The position numbers and the translations under genes were made by a program. Below are positions 56,865-64,000 of a stretch of 64,000 nucleotides of DNA, piece by piece (position 1 is the stretch's first letter; each line of letters starts with the position of its first letter). Below the pieces are notes generated by a model. It searched no databases. It was not told where the DNA came from and worked only from the letters and a program-made list of their open reading frames with translations. The stretch is from an uncultured Clostridia bacterium (lineage in GTDB: Bacteria; Bacillota; Clostridia; Peptostreptococcales; Anaerovoracaceae), in assembly GCA_934255135.1 (NCBI GenBank), contig CAKQMV010000008.1, positions 1 to 64,000 on the forward strand, given 5' to 3'.

Positions 56865-58766
56865 ATGAACGCTTTGACACCAAGACAGAGAAGAGAGCTT
56901 AAAGAAATAATAATTTCTGGAATCATTTTCTTCGCGCTTATGATAGTGCAGCACATGAACCTTCTTCCAGAAAGCGTAAATAGCGCATGGCTCTGGTTCG
57001 CTCTCTACCTTGTGCCATATCTGATTGTCGGAAGAGATGTAGTAAGAAAGTGCTTTCTGGGAATTAAGAACGGAAATGTGTTTGATGAATGCTTTCTGAT
57101 GACACTTGCGACAGTAGGTGCTTTTGCAACACAGGAATTCAGCGAGGCCGTTGCTGTAATGCTTTTCTACCAGGTTGGAGAATTCTTCCAGCGTTATGCC
57201 GTTGGAAAGTCGAGAAATTCGATTGAGACACTTCTCTCAATCGCACCGGATTATGCAAACGTAATCAGAGAGGACGGAAGCGTAGAAGAGATTGATCCTG
57301 ACGACGTTGAAATAGGAGATATCCTCCTGATAAAGCCTGGCGAGAAGTTCCCGGTAGATGGAACTGTAGTCGAGGGCGGAGGATATATCAATACATCGGC
57401 ACTGACAGGAGAGTCGATGCCGCGTTCAGTTGATGAGGGCGATGCGGTTATTTCAGGCTGCATCAACGGTGAGAATCTTATGAAGGTAAGAGCCGACAAG
57501 CTTTACGAGGATTCTACAGTAATGCAGATTCTTGAGCTTGTGGAGAATGCTTCATCTAAGAAATCACAGACTGAGTCATTTATCACAAGATTCGCAAGAT
57601 ACTACACACCTGCAGTCGTAGTGGCGGCACTTGTGCTTGCATTTGTTCCACCGATTTTTGCAGGAAACCTTATGGACTGGGTTATGAGAGCTTGTACATT
57701 CCTAGTAATTTCATGTCCTTGTGCACTGGTTATTTCAGTCCCGCTTGCGTTCTTCGGCGGAATCGGAGCGGCGTCTCGAATCGGTGTTCTGGTCAAGGGC
57801 TCTAACTACCTCGAGATGATGTCTGAGCTCGATACTGTAGTTTCGGACAAAACAGGAACTCTAACAGAGGGACGTTTCACTGTTAGCGATGTTTATACTG
57901 CAGATGGAGTATCACGTGAGACTCTTCTTGGCCTTGCGGCAGCTGTCGAGTCGGGTTCCACACATCCGATTGCAGTCTCAATCTGCGAAGCTTACGATGG
58001 CGATGTAACAGCATTCGATGTTAAGGATCCGGTTAACTATACAGGCAAAGGATTCGGTGCCTCTGTTGACGGTAGGACTGTCCTCGTGGGCAAAAGGAGC
58101 CTTCTTGAGGCCGAGGGCATTTCCGTTCCATCACTTGATGATGTAGCTGGTAGCGTATGCTACGTTTCAGCTGACGGCAAGTTTATTGGAAGAATTGCTG
58201 TATCTGATTCAATTAAGAAGAATGCATCTGATGCGATAAGAAGTATGAAACAGCTCGGCGTATCAAAGGTTGTGATGCTGACTGGTGACTCAAGGTCAGC
58301 AGCAGAAATTGCAGCAAAGGAGCTTGGAGTTACAGATTATAAGGCAGAGCTTCTGCCAGCCGATAAGGTAACGTGTGTTGAGAAACTTCTTTCAGAGATT
58401 ACAGGCAAGAGACGCTTTCTGGCATTTATTGGAGACGGAATAAACGATGCTCCTGTACTTTCAAGAGCTGATATCGGCATTGCAATGGGTTCACTTGGAT
58501 CTGATGCTGCTATTGAGGCGGCAGACGTTGTAATCATGGACGATGATATCGCCAAGGTTCCTCGCCTTATGAAGATTGCGAGCAAGACCGTTGGAATTTC
58601 GAGAATGAATATCGTATTCGCACTTGCGGTTAAGGCAATCTGTCTTATCCTCGGAGCACTCGGAATCGCGAACATGTGGGCAGCAGTTTTTGCCGACGTT
58701 GGAGTTGCATTCATATGCATCCTGAACTCGATGAGAATGCTTACAGTAAAGAGCGAAAACAAGTAA
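56865..58766 (+). CDS. Heavy-metal translocating P1B-type ATPase (Zn/Cd/Co-type) lacking an N-terminal HMA domain
   Basis: SCPCALV transmembrane metal site, DKTGTLT phosphorylation site, and GDGINDAP motif. Confidence 0.85.
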   Translation: MNALTPRQRRELKEIIISGIIFFALMIVQHMNLLPESVNSAWLWFALYLVPYLIVGRDVVRKCFLGIKNGNVFDECFLMTLATVGAFATQEFSEAVAVMLFYQVGEFFQRYAVGKSRNSIETLLSIAPDYANVIREDGSVEEIDPDDVEIGDILLIKPGEKFPVDGTVVEGGGYINTSALTGESMPRSVDEGDAVISGCINGENLMKVRADKLYEDSTVMQILELVENASSKKSQTESFITRFARYYTPAVVVAALVLAFVPPIFAGNLMDWVMRACTFLVISCPCALVISVPLAFFGGIGAASRIGVLVKGSNYLEMMSELDTVVSDKTGTLTEGRFTVSDVYTADGVSRETLLGLAAAVESGSTHPIAVSICEAYDGDVTAFDVKDPVNYTGKGFGASVDGRTVLVGKRSLLEAEGISVPSLDDVAGSVCYVSADGKFIGRIAVSDSIKKNASDAIRSMKQLGVSKVVMLTGDSRSAAEIAAKELGVTDYKAELLPADKVTCVEKLLSEITGKRRFLAFIGDGINDAPVLSRADIGIAMGSLGSDAAIEAADVVIMDDDIAKVPRLMKIASKTVGISRMNIVFALAVKAICLILGALGIANMWAAVFADVGVAFICILNSMRMLTVKSENK

Positions 58767-58830
58767 TGCGCTAAAGCCTTGCATTTCGGGGCTTCGTGTG
58801 GTATATTTAATCGAACGTTATATTTTTCGG

Positions 58831-58862
58831 AAAGAGTGGGGCAATCCCACTCTTTCACTTAT
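58831..58862 (+). terminator. Hairpin plus U-tract downstream of the P-type ATPase
   Basis: Hairpin agagtggg-gcaat-cccactct followed by ttcacttatgtttggatttttt. Confidence 0.45.
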
Positions 58863-58885
58863 GTTTGGATTTTTTCGGAGGAGTT

Positions 58886-59362
58886 ATGGCTAAGGAAGAT
58901 ATTTCAAAGAAGGTTACAGAGCTTCTTTCGGAGTTCTGCGAGGGTAAGGAGCTCGAGGTTTACAGGGTTCAGTATAAGAAGGAAGGACCGGACTGGAAGC
59001 TTAAGGTTTTCCTCGACAAGCCTGCTGATGCGGAGACTGAGTATGTTGATATCAATGAATGTGAAGCCGCTACAAGATTCCTTGGCGACAAGCTTGATGA
59101 GCTCGACCTCATCGAGAGAGCATATACACTTGAGGTAAGCTCACCGGGACTTGACCGAGAGCTTATTAAGGACTCCGATTTTGACCGTTTTGCGGGAAGA
59201 GAGGTTGAGGTAAAGCTCTTTACTGCAGTCGAAGGAAGTAAGAATCACGAGGGTACACTTATCGGACTTAAGGACGGTATTGTGACAATCAGTGTGAACG
59301 GTAGTGAAATTGAGCTGCCGAAGGATAAGATATCAAAGATTAATCTAGCAGTAGTATTTTAG
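58886..59362 (+). CDS. rimP: Ribosome maturation factor RimP
   Basis: RimP-like N-terminus (MAKEDISKKVTELLSEFCEG…LEVYRVQYKKEG). ATG at 58886 after GGAGGAG; the six-frame ORF extends from 58865 (TTG). Confidence 0.8.
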   Translation: MAKEDISKKVTELLSEFCEGKELEVYRVQYKKEGPDWKLKVFLDKPADAETEYVDINECEAATRFLGDKLDELDLIERAYTLEVSSPGLDRELIKDSDFDRFAGREVEVKLFTAVEGSKNHEGTLIGLKDGIVTISVNGSEIELPKDKISKINLAVVF

Positions 59363-59371
59363 GAGGAAGCG

Positions 59372-60496
59372 ATGAACAAGGAATTTCTTGATGCTCTTGC
59401 AGATCTCGAGCGTGAGAAGAATATTTCACAGAACGAGATTATCACAGCGATTGAAGAGGCTGTTGAGAATGCGTACCGTAAGAACTACGGAGCAGCTAAT
59501 GTAAGATGCATCACTGACAGAGAGAACGGTGAGCTGATGGTGCTTCTCAGCAAGGAGGTTGTTGAAGAGGTATTCGACGACATGACTGAGGTATCACTTG
59601 AGGAAGCAAAGTCATATGATGAGTCATATGAGCTTGGTGATTTCATTGAGTACCAGGTTGACCCTAAGGACTTCGGACGTATTGCAGCACAGGGTGCTAA
59701 GCAGGTAGTTGTTCAGAAGATCCGTGAGGCTGAGAGAGCAAACTCATACAACGAGTACATTGATAAGAAGGGTGAGATCATCACTGGTAAGGTTGACAGA
59801 ATCAACAACGGAACAATGCTCGTTTCAGTAGGAAGCACTGAGGGTATCGTACCTAATTCAGAGCAGGTTAAGGGTGAGAACTTCAAGCCTGGCGACAGAA
59901 TCAAGGTTTACGTAATGGATGTTAAGAAGGAGAGCAAGGGCCCACAGGTATTCCTTTCAAGATCACATCCAGGACTTGTAAGAGGTCTGTTTGAGCTTGA
60001 GATTCCAGAGATCGCTGACGGTACAGTTGAGATCAAGGGAATCGCAAGAGAAGCAGGTTCAAGAACTAAGATCGCCGTTTACTCACATGATGAGAACGTT
60101 GATCCGGTAGGAGCATGCGTAGGAAACAGAGGTGCAAGAGTTCAGAATATTGCCGATGATCTTTTCGGAGAGAAGATTGATATTATCGTATGGGATGAGG
60201 ATCCTGCTGTACTTATCAGCAACGTTCTCAAGCCAGCAATCGTTGAGGGTGTTTACATCAACGAGGAAGAGAAGATGGCTACAGCAGTAGTTCCTGAGCA
60301 GCAGCTGTCACTTGCAATCGGTAGAGAGGGACAGAACGTAAGACTTGCTGCAAGAGTTTCAGGCTGGAAGATTGACATCAAGAGCAGAAGCCAGCTTGAG
60401 GAAATCGGTTTTGACTTCGATGAGTATGAGGATTCAGAGACTCCAGAGGTTACAGAGACTTCTGAGACTCCTGAAATCGTAGAGATCGAAGAGTAA
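59372..60496 (+). CDS. nusA: Transcription termination/antitermination factor NusA
   Basis: S1 and two KH domains with an acidic C-terminal tail. Conserved rimP-nusA order. Confidence 0.9.
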   Translation: MNKEFLDALADLEREKNISQNEIITAIEEAVENAYRKNYGAANVRCITDRENGELMVLLSKEVVEEVFDDMTEVSLEEAKSYDESYELGDFIEYQVDPKDFGRIAAQGAKQVVVQKIREAERANSYNEYIDKKGEIITGKVDRINNGTMLVSVGSTEGIVPNSEQVKGENFKPGDRIKVYVMDVKKESKGPQVFLSRSHPGLVRGLFELEIPEIADGTVEIKGIAREAGSRTKIAVYSHDENVDPVGACVGNRGARVQNIADDLFGEKIDIIVWDEDPAVLISNVLKPAIVEGVYINEEEKMATAVVPEQQLSLAIGREGQNVRLAARVSGWKIDIKSRSQLEEIGFDFDEYEDSETPEVTETSETPEIVEIEE

Positions 60497-60514
60497 ATAC
60501 AGGAGAGATAAGAC

Positions 60515-60802
60515 ATGGAAGAGAAGAGAACTCCAATGAGAAGATGCATCTCATGTATGCAGTCCTTTCCGAAGGAGGAGCTTCTAAGGTTCACTGTAAG
60601 GGATGGAGTGATTATCCCTGACGGTGAACGTGAGAACGACGGAAGAGGGTTCTATATCTGCAGGAAACAGGCATGTCTTGATAAAACAATCAGGAAGAAA
60701 GTCTTCAATCGTGTTCTGAGAATGCAGCTTGATCAGAATATGGTTGAGGAGGTAATTGGCAATATAGCTGATACGGAGGTAATTGATGGGAAAGAAAATT
60801 AG
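60515..60802 (+). CDS. ylxR: YlxR/RnpM family (DUF448) RNA-binding protein
   Basis: [19 protein letters not shown]…GRGFYIC motif. Conserved position between nusA and infB. Confidence 0.75.
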   Translation: MEEKRTPMRRCISCMQSFPKEELLRFTVRDGVIIPDGERENDGRGFYICRKQACLDKTIRKKVFNRVLRMQLDQNMVEEVIGNIADTEVIDGKEN

Positions 60803-63560
60803 TGAAATAACCAAAGAGCTTTCCATCGAGTTTACTGAGCTTAAGAGCTATGCAGACAAGCTCGGTATTGAGATGAAGAGCGCTCGCGGCAGCCTTGATG
60901 AGGCTTCTGCCGAGAGACTTATACAGACAGTTAATATGATGCACGGAACAAAGTCGTCAAAAGGTGGTGCACACAAGACTGCTCCTAAGGCAGTACCTGT
61001 TAAGAAGAAGGATGCACCTAAGATGGCACCTGCAGCAAAGCCTGCACCTAAGGCAGAGAAGACAGAGGCTCCAGCTGAAGAAGCTAAGGTAGAGGCTCCT
61101 AAGGCAGAGAAGACAAAGGCTCCAGCTGAAGAGACAAAGAAGGAAGCTCCTAAGGCAGAGGCTAAGGAGGCTCCTAAGGCTGAAGCTAAAGCAGTTCCGG
61201 AGAAGAAGGAAGAGGAAGAGTACGTAAATGCTCCAAATAAGCCTATGAGATTCAAGAAGATCGTAGATGCAAATCAGGTCAAGGAAGAAGAGAAGGCTAA
61301 GCATTCAAGAGAGCACAAGCGTGACAACAACAGAGATAACAGAAACGGAAACAGAAACGAGCAGGGCAGCAGAAACGGAAACAGAGACAACAAGAATGAG
61401 CGCGGTACAAGAAACAGAAACGATCGTGACAACAATAGAGGTGACCGTGACAACAGAGGCGGTAACAGAGGTGACCGTGACAACAGAAACGGCGGAAGAG
61501 ACAACCGAGACAACAAGGATTCCGACAGCAGAAACTCAAGACCTCAGAGAAGAAACCAGGGCGGCGGCGCTTCAGCAGCTCCTGCTGAGTCAAAGCCATC
61601 ATCAAGAGGCAAGAGCAAGAAGTTCTTTGATAACAAGGATAAGGACAAGCAGTCACGTCACGACAGAAGAGAGGACGGAAACGGAAGAGGATACAAGAAC
61701 AACTCTTACCTCGATGATACTTCACTTGAGAAGCAGTCACGTCGTAAGAAGAAGAAGGTTGTTAAGGAAGAGCCTGAAATCGAGATCGAGGAGCTTCTTC
61801 CAGAAGGCGCAATTCCAGTATCAGTTCCAATCACTGTAGCTGGACTTGCTGAGCAGGCAGAGATTTCTGTAACAAACATCATCATGGCACTTATGAAGAT
61901 GGGTGTTATGGCAACAATCAACCAGACTCTCGATAAGGATGCCATTGAGATGCTCTCACTTGAGCTCGGAATGGAGTTCGTTGTAACAGAAGAGGAAGAG
62001 GTTGAGGAAGAAGAAGGACTCGAGCTCTACGAGGATACTGAGTCAGATCTTAAGCCAAGACCACCAATCATCACAGTTATGGGTCACGTTGACCACGGTA
62101 AGACATCACTCCTCGATGCTATCCGTAACACTAACGTAACTGCAGGTGAGTCAGGTGGAATCACTCAGCATATCGGAGCTTCAGAGGTAGTTATCGACGG
62201 AAAGAGAATCGTATTCCTCGATACTCCTGGACACGAGGCTTTCACAACAATGAGAGCAAGAGGTGCTCAGATTACAGATATCGCTGTACTCGTAGTTGCT
62301 GCTGACGACTCAGTTAAGCCACAGACCATCGAGTCAATCTCACACGCTAAGGCTGCAGGTGTACCTATTATCGTTGCAATCAACAAGATGGATAAGCCTG
62401 GTGCCAACCCAGACAGAGTAAAGAAGGACCTCGCAGAGAACGGCGTTCTCGTAGAGGACTGGGGTGGAGACGTTATCAGCGTTCCTGTATCAGCTAAGAA
62501 GGGTGAGGGTATCAGAGACCTTCTCGAGATGATCCTGCTTCAGGCAGAGGTACTTGAGCTTAAGGCTAACCCAGACAGACTTGCACTTGGTACAGTTATC
62601 GAGGCAAGACTTGATAAGGCTAAGGGACCTATCGCTACACTTCTTGTTACTAATGGTACTCTTAAGTCAGGACAGAGCGTTGTTGCAGGTACATGCAGCG
62701 GACGTATCAGAGTAATGACTAACTTCAGAGGCGAGACTATCAGAAAGGCTGGCCCTGCAACTGCAGTTGAGATTCTCGGACTTTCAGATGTTCCAATGGC
62801 AGGTGATTCATTCAACGCTGTTAAGGACGACAAGGTTGCAAGAGAAATTGCCAACCAGAGAAAGGAGAAGCTCAGAGAGGACGTACTTGCTAAGAACGCA
62901 AGCACAACTCTCGACAAGCTCTTCAGCCAGATCCAGGAGGGTGAGGCTAAGGAGCTTAACCTCATCATCAAGGGAGACGTACAGGGTTCAGTTGGTGCTA
63001 TCATTTCATCACTTGAGAAGCTTGATACTCCTGAGGTTAAGATCAGAGTTATCCACTCAGGTGTTGGTACAATCAACGAGTCAGATGTAACTCTCGCTGA
63101 GACATCAAACGCTATCATTATCGGATTTAACGTAAGACCTACAACAGCTGTAACTAACCAGGCTCAGAACGCAGACGTTGAGCTCAGACTTTATAGAGTA
63201 ATCTACGATATCATCGATGATATCCAGGATGCTATGAAGGGAATGCTCGACCCTGAGTACAAGGAAGAGGTTCTTGGTAAGGCTGAGGTTAGAGATACAT
63301 TCAAGGTTCCTAATGTCGGCGTAATCGCTGGTGCTTACGTAATCGAGGGTAAGGTTCAGCGAAGCAAGCAGATCAGACTTGTAAGAGATGGAATCGTAAT
63401 CCACGAGGGAACTATTTCATCACTTAAGAGATACAAGGATGACGTTAAGGAAGTTGTATCAGGATTCGAGTGCGGACTCGGAATCGAGAAGTACAACGAC
63501 ATTAAGCCAGGCGATGTAATCGAGTGCTTCCACATGGTTGAAATCGAAAGAAGCCTGTAA
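60786..63560 (+). CDS. infB: Translation initiation factor IF-2 with a long K/A/E/P-rich then R/D/N-rich low-complexity insert
   Basis: N-terminal IF2_N domain, GTPase G-domain ([24 protein letters not shown]), and C-terminal beta-barrels. ATG at 60786 with a GGAGGT RBS. Confidence 0.9.
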   Translation: MGKKISEITKELSIEFTELKSYADKLGIEMKSARGSLDEASAERLIQTVNMMHGTKSSKGGAHKTAPKAVPVKKKDAPKMAPAAKPAPKAEKTEAPAEEAKVEAPKAEKTKAPAEETKKEAPKAEAKEAPKAEAKAVPEKKEEEEYVNAPNKPMRFKKIVDANQVKEEEKAKHSREHKRDNNRDNRNGNRNEQGSRNGNRDNKNERGTRNRNDRDNNRGDRDNRGGNRGDRDNRNGGRDNRDNKDSDSRNSRPQRRNQGGGASAAPAESKPSSRGKSKKFFDNKDKDKQSRHDRREDGNGRGYKNNSYLDDTSLEKQSRRKKKKVVKEEPEIEIEELLPEGAIPVSVPITVAGLAEQAEISVTNIIMALMKMGVMATINQTLDKDAIEMLSLELGMEFVVTEEEEVEEEEGLELYEDTESDLKPRPPIITVMGHVDHGKTSLLDAIRNTNVTAGESGGITQHIGASEVVIDGKRIVFLDTPGHEAFTTMRARGAQITDIAVLVVAADDSVKPQTIESISHAKAAGVPIIVAINKMDKPGANPDRVKKDLAENGVLVEDWGGDVISVPVSAKKGEGIRDLLEMILLQAEVLELKANPDRLALGTVIEARLDKAKGPIATLLVTNGTLKSGQSVVAGTCSGRIRVMTNFRGETIRKAGPATAVEILGLSDVPMAGDSFNAVKDDKVAREIANQRKEKLREDVLAKNASTTLDKLFSQIQEGEAKELNLIIKGDVQGSVGAIISSLEKLDTPEVKIRVIHSGVGTINESDVTLAETSNAIIIGFNVRPTTAVTNQAQNADVELRLYRVIYDIIDDIQDAMKGMLDPEYKEEVLGKAEVRDTFKVPNVGVIAGAYVIEGKVQRSKQIRLVRDGIVIHEGTISSLKRYKDDVKEVVSGFECGLGIEKYNDIKPGDVIECFHMVEIERSL

Positions 63561-63577
63561 GCATTAAACAAGCAATA

Positions 63578-63620
63578 ATTCGCGTCTGATAGAGCAATCC
63601 TCTGTCAGACGCTGTTTTTT
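63578..63620 (+). terminator. Intrinsic terminator immediately after infB
   Basis: Hairpin cgcgtctgacagagg…cctctgtcagacgc followed by tgtttttt. Confidence 0.75.
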
Positions 63621-63635
63621 GGAGGTTATATATTT

Positions 63636-64000
63636 ATGTCAAAAGGATATTCAAGTCTTGTCCGCAACATGCTGATCGTCGTGTTCGGTAATCTTGTATA
63701 TGCGACTGGAGTAGTATTCTTCATTCTGCCGGGAGGTCTCATCACTGGAGGAACAACAGGTATTGCACTCGTTGTAAACCAGCTTACGGGACTTCAGATT
63801 TCACTTTTTGTAGGAATCTTTAACGTAATCATGTTCTCAGCAGGCGCCTTAATTCTCGGTAAGGAGTTCGCTCTGACAACACTTCTTAGTACCATCAGTT
63901 ACCCGCTTCTTCTCGGAACTCTTCAGAAGGCGGTAGGCGATTTTGTACTTACAGACGACAAGCTTATATGTGCACTCTTCGGAGGTATGTGCATCGGATG
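63636..64000 (+). CDS. YitT-family (DUF161/DUF2179) membrane protein, 5' partial at the window edge
   Basis: The open frame runs to the end of the window (MSKGYSSLVRNMLIVVFGNLVYATGVVFFILPGGLITGGTTGIALV…), which is a YitT-like N-terminus. RBS GGAGG upstream. Confidence 0.6.
   Translation, partial: MSKGYSSLVRNMLIVVFGNLVYATGVVFFILPGGLITGGTTGIALVVNQLTGLQISLFVGIFNVIMFSAGALILGKEFALTTLLSTISYPLLLGTLQKAVGDFVLTDDKLICALFGGMCIG

Noticed and set aside
60848-61945. Multiple long antisense and alternative-frame ORFs (for example 60848-61255 minus, 61297-61740 minus, 61267-61839 plus)
   Set aside because: All lie inside the low-complexity repeat region of infB and are composition artefacts. The infB frame has clear homology and an RBS.

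Overview
This 64 kb chromosomal segment looks like it comes from a low-GC Firmicute, probably a Clostridia-type anaerobe, and is about 90% coding. Below I list the contents from start to end and then say which region is most interesting.

**Contents in order:**
- A tandem array of 42-bp hairpin-containing repeats (1-504), running to the window edge, followed by a smaller 27-bp triple repeat.
- A MATE efflux gene on the minus strand.
- A textbook TPP riboswitch controlling a complete thiSFGHEDC thiamine operon (2461-8188).
- A 590-bp gene-free convergent spacer (8189-8776) packed with regularly spaced 10-4-10 palindromes.
- A minus-strand operon: small membrane protein, Na/Pi cotransporter with PhoU domains, and a giant fused MacB-like ABC ATPase/permease.
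- tex, then a YdjI/YdjG/YdjH-like module (SPFH protein, zinc-ribbon protein, TPM-domain protein).
- nhaC, then ykoF-thiXYZ-like HMP/thiamine salvage transporter genes with no visible riboswitch.
- mscS on the minus strand, then a GntR(YtrA-like)-ABC module.
- A hypothetical protein and a CsoR-family repressor with a His-rich N-terminal tail.
- An 11-gene operon (about 28.8-41.1 kb), described below.
- An MsbA-like ABC exporter, dus, nudC, and an OmpR/histidine-kinase pair.
- A minus-strand group-B-like [FeFe] hydrogenase.
- A second MATE gene, coaBC, a conserved hypothetical, and a substrate-binding protein next to a hybrid histidine kinase.
- An ArsR-HMA-P1B-ATPase metal efflux unit with a clear operator palindrome.
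- rimP-nusA-ylxR-infB, with an R/D/N low-complexity insert in IF2, then a terminator and a partial yitT-like gene at the window edge.

**The stand-out region** is the tightly packed operon at 28.8-41.1 kb. It encodes a TM1266-like small regulator, two NifH-like Fe proteins, and two paralogous NifD/K-like sets, one of them a single D-K fusion. These are followed directly by the [NiFe]-hydrogenase CN/CO-ligand maturases HypF, HypC, HypD and HypE, and then by an orphan [FeFe]-hydrogenase radical-SAM maturase, HydE. No hydrogenase structural gene, no hypA/B and no nif cofactor genes are present. It is preceded by a promoter plus terminated leader that could be a riboswitch or attenuator.

I read this as a candidate undescribed system in which a nitrogenase-like scaffold or reductase is coupled to organometallic Fe-CN/CO ligand chemistry.
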